Assembly (NCBI GenBank): GCA_945861865.1
Contig: CAMAWN010000007.1
Location: 2,047-66,046, forward strand
Length of the DNA: 64,000 bases
Reading direction: 5' to 3'
From: Candidatus Kuenenia stuttgartensis
Lineage (GTDB): Bacteria > Planctomycetota > Planctomycetia > Planctomycetales > Planctomycetaceae
The notes below the pieces were generated by a model. It saw nothing but the letters and a program-made list of their open reading frames with translations, made no database searches and was not told the DNA's origin. Within the stretch, counting starts at the first letter, position 1; every line of letters begins with the position of its first letter. The position numbers were made by a program, and so were the translations under genes. Positions 9,490-20,621 of the stretch are shown here, one piece after another.

Positions 9490-9849
9490 ATGAAGGGCTT
9501 GATGCGAGGAATGATGGTGGCCGGCTGCGTCGCTGGTCTGGCGATTGGCTTCAGCACGCGAGTCGAAGCTCGTCCGAACTACAAGGGTGCGTTCGAAAAG
9601 CAGTACCCGGATGTCGTCAAGAATGAAGGTAAGGACGGCAAGCTGACTTGTGCCGTCTGCCACGAAGGGGACGACAAGAAGAAACGCAACAACTACGGCG
9701 AGGCTCTGGCCAAGAACATCACCAAGATGGAAAAGGACGAAGCCAAGATCAAGGAAGCGTTCGAGAAAACCGCAAAAGAGAAGAGCGCGGTCAAGGACAA
9801 GACCTTCGGCGATCTGCTGAAGGACGGCAAGCTGCCCGCCAGCAAGTAA
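9490..9849 (+). CDS. Small secreted monoheme c-type cytochrome
   Basis: 119 aa, GCGGAGG 7 nt upstream of the ATG. It has a signal peptide (MMVAGCVAGLAIGFSTRVEA), a single CxxCH motif (CAVCH) and a Lys-rich tail. A strong intrinsic terminator follows. Confidence 0.75.
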   Translation: MKGLMRGMMVAGCVAGLAIGFSTRVEARPNYKGAFEKQYPDVVKNEGKDGKLTCAVCHEGDDKKKRNNYGEALAKNITKMEKDEAKIKEAFEKTAKEKSAVKDKTFGDLLKDGKLPASK

Positions 9850-9877
9850 TTTCTTGCTGAACGATACGGAAAATTCG

Positions 9878-9912
9878 GAAGGCCATCCGCTTGCGGGTGG
9901 CCTTCTTTTTTT
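9878..9912 (+). terminator. Rho-independent terminator downstream of the cytochrome c gene
   Basis: gaaggccatccgc / gcgggtggccttc forms a stem of about 11-12 bp (one G-U pair). A run of seven T follows immediately. Confidence 0.8.
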
Positions 9913-10055
9913 GATCGGAGAACGCCGAACGAGTTGTTTAATCCAGACTGAGGCACGAAGTCCGACGGGAAGACTGCAATTGATCGTTAGTCATTGATCG
10001 TTCTCAAACCGGATGACCAACGGTCAATGACCAATCTCATCCCCGTAGCGCCGTG

Positions 10056-11951
<1,896 letters not shown>

Positions 11952-12105
11952 ATCGGCTCAGCGTGAACCGATGAGCCGAAACGAGTCGCGGCAGTGTATC
12001 GGCACTTCAGCAGGCTGACGAGAGGCCGTGCTGCGAGGACGGCATATTCCGCAACAGTCCACTCCGAAGGCAAACTCGCTCGACACGCATGCCTGCAATC
12101 GGTGG

Positions 12106-12561
12106 TCAAACGCTGATGACCGGCAGTTCATCCGTCACGGCGGTCAAGTCGATGACTGCGCCGAGCATCCGTGTGGGTGTGCCCTGGTTGTTACGAACGA
12201 TGGACGCCTTGATGAGGAACAACGGAGTTGTGCCATCGCGGTGCTTGGCTCGATGCACCGTTTGAAACTTGCGAGCACCGCTGCGAACCGCGTGATCAAG
12301 CGCCGAAGTGACTCGGTTGTAGTCGTCCGCGTGAATGTGGCTGAGCCAGGCTTGCAACGAGTCCGGCAGTTCATGGTCGCTATAACCGAGCATCCGTTTG
12401 AAGATCGGCGAGAGATACAGTTCGTGCGATCGCAGTGGCCAATCGAAGACGCCGATCTCCGTCTCGGCCATGACCTGTGAATTCCAATCGTCGAGCGCTT
12501 CCAATTCGGCGATCGTCTGTTCCAACTCGGCCTGCGGATGATAGATGCTGGGAGCAATCAT
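12106..12561 (-). CDS. Stand-alone PAS-domain protein
   Basis: 151 aa. IGVFDWPLRSHELYLSPIFKRMLGYSDHELPDSLQAWLSHIHADDYNRV...TVHRAKHRDGTTPLFLIKASIVRNNQGTPTRMLGAVIDLT follows the PAS_3-type pattern (G.w.wd....S.....lG......HpDD......E.R....G...W.......G.......G...DiT). A short coiled-coil segment precedes it. Confidence 0.7.
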   Translation of the reverse strand: MIAPSIYHPQAELEQTIAELEALDDWNSQVMAETEIGVFDWPLRSHELYLSPIFKRMLGYSDHELPDSLQAWLSHIHADDYNRVTSALDHAVRSGARKFQTVHRAKHRDGTTPLFLIKASIVRNNQGTPTRMLGAVIDLTAVTDELPVISV

Positions 12562-13101
12562 GGTGCGATCCTGTGATGCGGTTCGAGAGCAAGATTCGCG
12601 AAGACGATGGCGTCGCAGTTCACGCCTGAGGAACTTGTCAGAAACAGTGGACTGGCGCTGCGAAGTTATTAAAGCGTCGTGGGAGCCAACCTCCGAGTCT
12701 GCAATGGCGGCGAACCGAAATATCTGGCGAGGCCTCGTCGATTTGTGCGATTGGCGCGGATGTGCGAATCCATCCGGTTGGCGCGAATTTCGAGCGGGCC
12801 TCTCGCGGCTTCGTCACAGCTGACCGGCGACAGATGCGTGTCACACCTGATGGTCCCTCGCGGAGTTCAACTGCGAGGTCACCAATCGTTGACGTGACCA
12901 ATGTTCGGAATCAAATCGCGAAGTCAGTGAAGCTGCGTCGAGGGACGTTTGTCATCCGAGCAGGAACTCTGCGGTAATTGTTTTGCGTACCGCGCGTTCA
13001 AAGATATTCACGATCGGAGTCCAGGACGCAGCCGACAATCCGCTCCGAACAGGAGCCTGTTCAATTCACGAAGCGCTGCGGCTCAGTTTTCGCGGCGACG
13101 T

Positions 13102-14190
13102 CTATTCCTTGCCGGTTGAGACGGGACGCTTTGGATCTTTCGTCAGCGGCAACTTCACCGACTTCCCGGTCCAGGCAGATTGGTAAATGGCCAGGATGAT
13201 TTCGACCGATTTGCGACCTTCGATGCCGTCCACCAATGGCTGACCACCGGTCTCGATGGCTTTGAGAAAATCCTTCAGTTGCAGCATGTGGCCGGTGTAG
13301 CTGATCGCCTTCGGGTCGGACGCGCCACCCGTTCCAGCGCTGCCGCTGAACTTTTCGAGCAGTTTGGCGTCCTTGGCGAGCTTCTTCTCGAACTCCCACA
13401 TCTTGATGTTGTCCTGCTCGACGATCACCGAGCCTGCCGAGCCGTGGATCTCCGTTCGCTTGAGCAATCCCGGAAACGCGGCAGTCGTCGCTTCGAGCAC
13501 CCCCAACGCTCCGCTCTTGAACTTCACGCACGCTGCGGCGACATCCTCGACTTCAATCCGCTCATGGGCCAGCAAGGCCGTGACGCCGTTGACCTCGGCG
13601 ACCTCGCCCATGAACCAGTACAGCAAGTCGACGTTGTGAATCGCTTGATTCATGAACGCTCCGCCGCCGTCGAGCGCCCACGTCCCACGCCAGCCACCTT
13701 GGTCGTAGTACTGCTGCGTCCGCCACCACTTCACGAAGGTGTCGCCGAGCGTCAGTTTGCCGAAGCGACCGGAGTCAATCGCCTCCTTGAGCGCGATGTT
13801 CGCCGGGCTGAACCGCGACGGCATGATCGAACAAATCCGGACTTTGTTCTTCGCCGCCGCGTTGATGATCGCGTCGCACTTGGCGAGCGTGATCTCCAGC
13901 GGCTTCTCGACCACAACATGCTTGCCGGCGTTGCACGCCTTCACCGCCGGAGCGCCATGTGCGCCGCTGGGCGTGCAGATCGTCACGACATCAACCGCCG
14001 GGTCTTTGAGCATGTCCTCCAGCGTGTCGTACTTCTTGCACTTGTTCGCCGCCGCGAATTTTTCCGACGACGGAGCGAAGGCGTCGTAGCACGCGACGAT
14101 CTTCGCCCCTTTGATGTGCGCAATCGCCATCGCGTGAAAGTTGGCGATCATCCCGCAGCCGACAATGCCGAAGCCGAATTTCTGAGCCAT
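13102..14190 (-). CDS. Gfo/Idh/MocA-family NAD(P)-dependent oxidoreductase
   Basis: 362 aa, GAGGAA upstream of the ATG. The Rossmann motif is FGIVGCGMIANFHA and the EKP motif is HVVVEKPLE. The C-terminal dimerisation-domain layout is present. Confidence 0.9.
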   Translation of the reverse strand: MAQKFGFGIVGCGMIANFHAMAIAHIKGAKIVACYDAFAPSSEKFAAANKCKKYDTLEDMLKDPAVDVVTICTPSGAHGAPAVKACNAGKHVVVEKPLEITLAKCDAIINAAAKNKVRICSIMPSRFSPANIALKEAIDSGRFGKLTLGDTFVKWWRTQQYYDQGGWRGTWALDGGGAFMNQAIHNVDLLYWFMGEVAEVNGVTALLAHERIEVEDVAAACVKFKSGALGVLEATTAAFPGLLKRTEIHGSAGSVIVEQDNIKMWEFEKKLAKDAKLLEKFSGSAGTGGASDPKAISYTGHMLQLKDFLKAIETGGQPLVDGIEGRKSVEIILAIYQSAWTGKSVKLPLTKDPKRPVSTGKE

Positions 14191-14213
14191 GAGAATTCCT
14201 CGTCAGTGAAAAT

Positions 14214-15437
14214 TCAGTCGATCAGTTCCACGCGGCAGAATTTCTTCTTGCCGACGAACAGCAACAACCCCGTTTCGACCGAGATCCGTTGGTCGTGAGC
14301 CTCGATACGGGTCTTACCCTCGCCGAAATACGCTCCGCCTTGAGCGATCGCTCGCCGAGCATCGCTGGTCGAGGGCGTCAGTCCCGTCTCGACCAGCAAG
14401 CGCACGGCTTGAGCTTGGCCGTCCGTCAGCTTGGATCGCGACACTGTCACGGTCGGAATGTCGGTCGGCAGCGCGCCATCGCCGACTTCCTGCTGCCAGC
14501 GATTCGCGGCGGCTTCGGCTTCGGTCGCCGAGTGATATTGTCCAATGACGGATCGGGCTAGACTCGTCTTTGCGGTCTTCGGATGCCCGGCCATGAGCGC
14601 GTCAATCTCGGCGAGCGGGATATCGGTCAGCAGCTCGAAGTACATTCGCATGACCGCGTCCGGCACCTGCATGAACTTCTTCATCATGTCGAACGGCGAC
14701 TCGGAGATGCCAATGTAGTTGCCGAGGCTCTTGCCCATGCGGCGCACGCCATCGAGACCAACGAGGATCGGCGACATCACGCCGATTTGCTGCGACAGTT
14801 TTTGATCGGCTTGCAGGTCGCGAGCCAACATGAAGCTGTAAAGTTGCTCGGTTCCGCCGAGTTCGATGTCCGACTTGATGACGACCGAATCCCACGCCTG
14901 CATGATCGGGTACAGACACTCGTGCAAAAAGATCGGCGTCTCGGCTGCCATCCGTTTGGCGAAGTCATCGCGAGTCAGCAACTGCGCGATCGTGACTTTG
15001 CCGCACAACTGCAGGATGTCGGCGAACGACATCGCACTGAACCAATCGCCGTTGCGATGAACTTCGGCCTTCGACAGGTCGATGACCTTGCCGACTTGTG
15101 CCAGATAATCGACGGCGTTCGCCTCGACCTCTTCGGCCGTCAGCCGCTTGGCCCGTGCGTGGTCGCGTCCGCTCGGATCGCCGACGAGCGCGGTGTAATT
15201 GCCGATGATGATGACCGCTTGGTGGCCCAGTTCTTGGAACTGCCGAATTTTTCGCAACGGGACCGTGTGTCCCAGATGCACGTCGATGCCGGTCGGATCA
15301 ATGCCGTATTTAACGCGCAGCGGCGTATTCGTGTCGCGGCTCTTGGTCAGCTTCGCGGCAAGTTCGTTCTCAGGAACGATCTTCTCGACACCGCGGCGAA
15401 TGATCGCGAGTTGCTCGTCAACTGGAGGAAATGGCAT
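14214..15437 (-). CDS. tyrS: Tyrosine--tRNA ligase
   Basis: The HIGH motif appears as HLGH (GIDVHLGHTVPL) and the KMSKS motif as KMGKS. The C-terminal domain is S4-like. The track start at 15452 is TTG; I prefer the ATG five codons downstream (MPFPPVDEQL...). Confidence 0.95.
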   Translation of the reverse strand: MPFPPVDEQLAIIRRGVEKIVPENELAAKLTKSRDTNTPLRVKYGIDPTGIDVHLGHTVPLRKIRQFQELGHQAVIIIGNYTALVGDPSGRDHARAKRLTAEEVEANAVDYLAQVGKVIDLSKAEVHRNGDWFSAMSFADILQLCGKVTIAQLLTRDDFAKRMAAETPIFLHECLYPIMQAWDSVVIKSDIELGGTEQLYSFMLARDLQADQKLSQQIGVMSPILVGLDGVRRMGKSLGNYIGISESPFDMMKKFMQVPDAVMRMYFELLTDIPLAEIDALMAGHPKTAKTSLARSVIGQYHSATEAEAAANRWQQEVGDGALPTDIPTVTVSRSKLTDGQAQAVRLLVETGLTPSTSDARRAIAQGGAYFGEGKTRIEAHDQRISVETGLLLFVGKKKFCRVELID

Positions 15438-15466
15438 CGTGAATTCAAGCAATAGGAGAGGACGTC

Positions 15467-15526
15467 GTAGACCGAACGCCTACGTCCGGTCAAAACATCG
15501 TTCGGACGTAGGCATCCGAACTACAG
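15467..15526. repeat. Palindromic intergenic repeat, family B
   Basis: gtagaccgaacgcctacgtccg, a 14-nt loop, then cggacgtaggcatccgaactac(ag). 18 of 22 positions pair. The right arm is the reverse complement of the left arm of 8444..8501. Both families A and B end in ...CTACAG. Confidence 0.5.
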
Positions 15527-15590
15527 AGAGCGCGTCGATTCGCGATCAGTCCGTAAACTAACGCCAGCCGCGCACGCTCGCCAGCATTGG

Positions 15591-16931
15591 TCAACGTGGC
15601 TTCACGAGGTCTTCATCGCCTGGCTCAAAGCCTTTCACCTCCGGCGTGTCGCGAGTCAGTACTTGCCAGCTTGCGCCGGATTCACGAAACGCTGAGAAAT
15701 CCGTCGGCGAATAGGACCACTCCAAATTCGGCGTGTTGATCCGGCGGCCGTGAAGTTCGTGCGACCACATCGCGGCGTCGAGTACTCCACTGACCAGCAA
15801 CGTCCGCTCGATCGGATACGGTGCGCGGCCCGTTCGGAAGAAATGCTGCACCGAGTGCGACAGCGCTTTGAACAGATTTCGATTTCCCCACGGCCCGTTA
15901 TAGATCGCGGTTGCGTGAATCTGCGGCTCGCCTTTCACTCGACAAGCGAAGTTCCAGCGGTTCGAACTGGTTCCGTACTTCAACACGGTTGCTTGCAAGC
16001 CGTCCCGATACGTCAGCAGCACGCCGTGTGACGGCTCGGACGGGAGATCCCCTTTGCCGAGATTCTTGCCAAGACCGCGGACAGGTTCGTTCATCGTTCG
16101 CTCGGCCTGCATCGCGGCGTCTGCAAGTTCTCGAGACCAGCGGCCGCTCTTCGCGGCCTGCAACAAGGCTTCTCCTTCCAGCAGTTCGACCGACGAGATG
16201 CCGGTCTCTCCACCACGCCGAGTCTCGACATACGATTGCAGCAGTTCCAGCCCGTGAAAGTCGTAGCCTTCAATTCCGCCGCCATGAATGGCGACCGCTT
16301 CTTCGATCTCGGCATTCGCGGGGAGCGTGAGGCTCGGCCGTCGCGACGCCAACGGCACCGAACTCCCCGCCATCAATGGAATGCCGCATGATCGAGCCAC
16401 GTCGTACATCTGCTTCGCGTAATCCCAGCGATACGACAGATGCTTGTCGTTGAAGATCGGCACGAATCGATTTGACCGCTGCATCACGCAGACCGCTCGA
16501 TCGAAGAACTCCTTGCGCGGATACATCACGACGCCACGGCTGTTCGTCGGATAATTCCCGTGCTCGACGATCGACAACACCGCATCCACGGCCAATCCGC
16601 CGGTCCCCAGCGTCAGAGCGTCCTCGATGGTTGGATACAGCGGGACGTTGAACCGTTTCGAGACGTCTCGCGCCATGTCCTCTTTCGGAAATTGGTCGGC
16701 GTACATCGACACGACTTCGACGCCCGGATCGACCAGCTTGCCGTTGAACAAGAACGGCTTGAAGAAGTTCTCCAGAAAGTCGTACGCATGCGACCGAAAC
16801 CGGAACTCGGTGAAGATCGCCGCGACTCGGGGGCGTCGCGGCGGCTCGGCCGGCAACGGATTCCACCAACTCGAACCCAATGCCGCTGCCGACCCGATCA
16901 AAAACTGCCGACGATCAAGTGGTAATTTCAT
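15591..16931 (-). CDS. Tat-signal protein with a degenerate Gfo/Idh/MocA-like layout (function unknown)
   Basis: 446 aa, GGAGG 5 nt upstream of the ATG. The twin-arginine leader is MKLPLDRRQFLIGSAAALGS. The layout RVAAIF.......H...(40 aa)...YPTIEDAL....VDAVLSIVEH resembles the dehydrogenase family. However, the GxGxxG and EKP motifs are replaced by FTEFRFRSH and FNDKHLS. Confidence 0.6.
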   Translation of the reverse strand: MKLPLDRRQFLIGSAAALGSSWWNPLPAEPPRRPRVAAIFTEFRFRSHAYDFLENFFKPFLFNGKLVDPGVEVVSMYADQFPKEDMARDVSKRFNVPLYPTIEDALTLGTGGLAVDAVLSIVEHGNYPTNSRGVVMYPRKEFFDRAVCVMQRSNRFVPIFNDKHLSYRWDYAKQMYDVARSCGIPLMAGSSVPLASRRPSLTLPANAEIEEAVAIHGGGIEGYDFHGLELLQSYVETRRGGETGISSVELLEGEALLQAAKSGRWSRELADAAMQAERTMNEPVRGLGKNLGKGDLPSEPSHGVLLTYRDGLQATVLKYGTSSNRWNFACRVKGEPQIHATAIYNGPWGNRNLFKALSHSVQHFFRTGRAPYPIERTLLVSGVLDAAMWSHELHGRRINTPNLEWSYSPTDFSAFRESGASWQVLTRDTPEVKGFEPGDEDLVKPR

Positions 16932-17000
16932 GTGGCCTCCAGATGTTGCCCAGGACTCCGGGCTCGTTCATGCGACATCCGTGATTGTCGGGTGGGGCGA

Positions 17001-20000
17001 TCACCTTCCGATCGAGGATGCTCCCGCAGCACGCATCCGCGTCTCTTTTGGTGGCGTGATGAGTTGGATGTGTTCGCAGCCGAGCAGTTCGTTGAGCGAC
17101 GATTGGAGGTCGGCGTTGCAACTCACTTTGAATTGGCTGGGAGTGCTGAGGACAAAGCGGAAGTGTTGCGATGGGTCGTTCTGGTCGGGGGTGTCCACGA
17201 TCAGAATCACGTCGGTTTTGCCGGGGTGGTTCTCGAGGATTTGTTTGGTACGGGTCATCTCGCGTTCGCCGTGCAGGCCGCGTTTGAAGTTGATCGCGAT
17301 TTGGGTCGTGAAGTTCTTGTCGGCTTCTTCGACGGTGAGCAGTTGGTTGACGATCAGGTTCGGTTCGCGGCTGCGACGGTCGACTTTGCCTTTGAGGAAC
17401 ACGACGGCCTCGGGTTGCACTTTGTCGCCGAGGCGGGCGTAGTCTTCGGGCCACATGATGCAGCGAACGATCCCGCTGGGGTCTTCGAGGTCGAAGTTGA
17501 CGTACTTGCTGTGTCCGTTGCGGCTGGGCTTTTTCGTTTGTGCCTTCTTGATGCTGCCGATCATGCCGGCGACGAGCACTTCGCTGCCGTCCTCCAGATC
17601 GCCGAGCTGTTTGTTGTCGTGTGTCGTGTGCTTCGAGAGCCTGTCGGCGAACTGCGTCAGCGGGTGGCTGGTCAAAAAGAAACCAAGCACCTCTTTCTCG
17701 GCGGTCAGCTTTTGCGAGTGCGTCCAATCGGCCGCCTCTGGCAGATTTCCGCCCGCTTGTGAGGCCGACTCGTTTGATGCCGTTTCGTCGTCGCCGCCGA
17801 AGAGCGATTTCTGGCCGCGCTGCTTGTCCTTTTGCCGAGCGGCCGCACCGGCGACCGCTCGTTCGACGGCAGCCACGTGTTGAGCTTGATTCGGGCCAAG
17901 TGAATCGAGGGCTCCGGCTTTGATCAGAATTTCGAGCGTCGCCTTTTGCAGCACCTTGGGATCGAGCCGTTCGGCGACGTCAAAGATGTCTTTGAACGGG
18001 CCGTTGGCGGTGCGCTCGGCGACGATCGCTTTGACAGCGGCTTCGCCGACTCCCTTGATCGCGGCCAAGCCAAAACTGACACGCTGGTCATCGACGACTG
18101 CGAACTCGGTATCGGACGTGTTGATGTCCGGCGGGACAATCTTGATCCCCATCCGCCGCGCGTCGTCGGTGTGTTCTGAGATGCGATCGGTGTCTTCCAT
18201 GCCGCAGGTCAGCAGCGCGGCCATGAACTCGGCGGGGTAGTGCGCCTTGAGGTACGCCGTCTGATACGAGACGGCTCCGTAAGCGGTCGAGTGGCTCTTG
18301 TTGAAACCGTAGCCGGCGAACTTCTTGATCAGCTCGAACAGATCGATGGCGACTTGCTGATTGACGCCCCGCTCGACGGCACCTTTGACGTATTCGCCGT
18401 AGTAACCGGCGATGATCTTTTCTTTTTTCTTGCTGATCGCCTTGATGCACTTGTAGGCGTCGGCCAATTCGATGCCGCCGACGCGATTGAGAATCCGCAT
18501 GACCTGCTCTTGGTAGACCATCACACCGTAGGTCTCGGCGAGCAGTTCATCGACGATTGGGTGGACCTTGTTGGGCTTCTCGCGACCGTGTTTCACTTCC
18601 ACATACTTCAAGACCATGCCGCCTTCGAGCGGTCCGGGACGGTACAGAGCGGACGTCGCGATGATGTCGTCGAACTTGTCGGGCTGCATCTTCGTGAGCA
18701 GATCGCGGATGCCGCCGGACTCAAATTGAAACACGCCCTTCGTTTCGCCGCGCTGCAACAGTGCGAACGTCTTTTTATCGTCGAGCGGCAGCTTGCTCGG
18801 ATCGATGATTTCGCCGCGATGCTTGCGGACGTTCTGCACCGACTTGTGCAGGATCGTCAGGTTCCGCAGGCCCAGAAAGTCCATCTTGAGCAGGCCAGCC
18901 TTTTCGACGTGTGGGCCGTCCCATTGCGTGATGACGTCCTCTTTGCCGTTGACGGTTTGCAGCGGGATGTAGTTGTCGATCGGCGCGTCGCTGACCACGA
19001 CGCCGGCCGCGTGCGTGCCGACGTTGCGAGTCAGTCCTTCCAGCCGCTGAGCGATGTCGAGCAGTTTTTTGATTTCAGGATCAGAGCCGTAAGCTTCCTT
19101 CAAATCGGGCGACTGTTCGATGGCGTCCTTGAGCTTGATGTTGAGTTCGTCCGGCACCGCCTTCGCGATTTGATCGACTCGCGCCAGCGGGATGCCGAGC
19201 GCTCGGCCGACGTCACGGATCGCCAGCTTGGCTTTGAGCGTGCCGAACGTGCCGATCTGGCACACGTTCTCGCTGCCGTATTTCGCCTTCGTGTAGTCGA
19301 TGACTTTTTGCCGACCGTCGCGGCAGAAGTCGATGTCGATATCCGGCGGCTCGGTGCGGCTGGCGTCGAGAAATCGCTCGAACAGCAAATCGTATTTCAG
19401 CGGACAAACGTGGCTCAGGCCCAGCAAGTACGCGACGATTGCTCCGCACGCCGAACCGCGAGCACCGCACGGGATGTCGTTCTCTTCGGCGAAGCGGACG
19501 AAGTCCCACACGATCAGGAAGTAGCTCGAATAGCCCATCGTCTCGATCGTGGCGAGTTCCAAATTGAGCCGCGCTCGAATCGCGTCGGTGATTTCGTCGT
19601 ACCGCAGCGGCAGCCGTTCCTCGCACAACTTGCGGAGGTACTGCGTGTCGGTCAGGTTGTCGGGAGCCGTGAACCTCGGGTAGTGCTTCGGATTCTTTTC
19701 GAGTTCGATGTCCACGCGATCGGCGATGAGCTGCGATTGTTTGACCGCTTCCTCGAAGCCGGGAAACGCCGCGTACATTTCTTCGGGAGTGCGGACATAA
19801 AACTGATCGCAGTCCATGCGCATCCGCTTTTCGTCGTTGACCGTCGAACGCGTGCTGACGCAGAGCAACACGTCGTGAGCCGCCGCGTCCTCCTTGTTGA
19901 GGTAGTGCGCATCGTTCGTCGCGACCAGCGGCAGTCCGTACTGCCGAGCGAGGTCCACCGTCGGGTCCATGCACTCCTTCTGGATGGGGAGGCCGGCGTT

Positions 20001-20537
20001 TTGAATCTCCATGTAGAAGCGATCGCCGAACGTCGCGATGTACCACTCGACCAGCTTCTTGGCGTCGTCCATCCGCTCGCCGAGCAAATACTGCGACAGC
20101 TCCGACGCCGCGCAGCCCGAGAGGCAGATCAGCCCCTCGCTGTGAGCCTTCAGAATTTCCTTGTCGATGCGCGGCCGGTAGTAAAACCCTTCGAGGTACG
20201 CCATCGACGCCAGCTTCACGAGGTTGAAGTACCCCGTCTTGTTCATCGCCAGCAGCGTGAGATGAAAGCTGGCCTCCTTCATCTTCGTCGCCCCGCGATC
20301 GCGCCGATTTCCCGGAGCGATGTACGCCTCGTATCCGACGATCGGCTTGATCCCCGCGTCCTTGCAGAGGCCGTAGAATTCGAACGCTCCGCACAGATTT
20401 CCGTGATCGGTGATCGCGACCGAGTTCATCCCCTCGGCCTTCACCTTAGCCACAAGGTCCGGCAGTCGGTTCGCTCCATCGAGCATCGAAAACTGCGAGT
20501 GACAATGCAAATGAGCAAACGGACGCGGCGCGGTCAT
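17001..20537 (-). CDS. dnaE: DNA polymerase III alpha subunit
   Basis: 1178 aa, GGGAGGGAG upstream of the ATG. The PHP-domain N-terminus reads FAHLHCHSQFSMLDG. The pol III alpha core includes GYSSYFLIVWDF and DIDIDF. The C-terminal region is OB-fold type. Confidence 0.97.
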   Translation of the reverse strand: MTAPRPFAHLHCHSQFSMLDGANRLPDLVAKVKAEGMNSVAITDHGNLCGAFEFYGLCKDAGIKPIVGYEAYIAPGNRRDRGATKMKEASFHLTLLAMNKTGYFNLVKLASMAYLEGFYYRPRIDKEILKAHSEGLICLSGCAASELSQYLLGERMDDAKKLVEWYIATFGDRFYMEIQNAGLPIQKECMDPTVDLARQYGLPLVATNDAHYLNKEDAAAHDVLLCVSTRSTVNDEKRMRMDCDQFYVRTPEEMYAAFPGFEEAVKQSQLIADRVDIELEKNPKHYPRFTAPDNLTDTQYLRKLCEERLPLRYDEITDAIRARLNLELATIETMGYSSYFLIVWDFVRFAEENDIPCGARGSACGAIVAYLLGLSHVCPLKYDLLFERFLDASRTEPPDIDIDFCRDGRQKVIDYTKAKYGSENVCQIGTFGTLKAKLAIRDVGRALGIPLARVDQIAKAVPDELNIKLKDAIEQSPDLKEAYGSDPEIKKLLDIAQRLEGLTRNVGTHAAGVVVSDAPIDNYIPLQTVNGKEDVITQWDGPHVEKAGLLKMDFLGLRNLTILHKSVQNVRKHRGEIIDPSKLPLDDKKTFALLQRGETKGVFQFESGGIRDLLTKMQPDKFDDIIATSALYRPGPLEGGMVLKYVEVKHGREKPNKVHPIVDELLAETYGVMVYQEQVMRILNRVGGIELADAYKCIKAISKKKEKIIAGYYGEYVKGAVERGVNQQVAIDLFELIKKFAGYGFNKSHSTAYGAVSYQTAYLKAHYPAEFMAALLTCGMEDTDRISEHTDDARRMGIKIVPPDINTSDTEFAVVDDQRVSFGLAAIKGVGEAAVKAIVAERTANGPFKDIFDVAERLDPKVLQKATLEILIKAGALDSLGPNQAQHVAAVERAVAGAAARQKDKQRGQKSLFGGDDETASNESASQAGGNLPEAADWTHSQKLTAEKEVLGFFLTSHPLTQFADRLSKHTTHDNKQLGDLEDGSEVLVAGMIGSIKKAQTKKPSRNGHSKYVNFDLEDPSGIVRCIMWPEDYARLGDKVQPEAVVFLKGKVDRRSREPNLIVNQLLTVEEADKNFTTQIAINFKRGLHGEREMTRTKQILENHPGKTDVILIVDTPDQNDPSQHFRFVLSTPSQFKVSCNADLQSSLNELLGCEHIQLITPPKETRMRAAGASSIGR

Positions 20538-20621
20538 GAGCGGCTCCCTCCCTGTTCGCTGTCCCGCCTTCAGGCGGTCAGACTTGGCCGGAGTTTAGTT
20601 CACCGCGAACCGAGTCGCACG

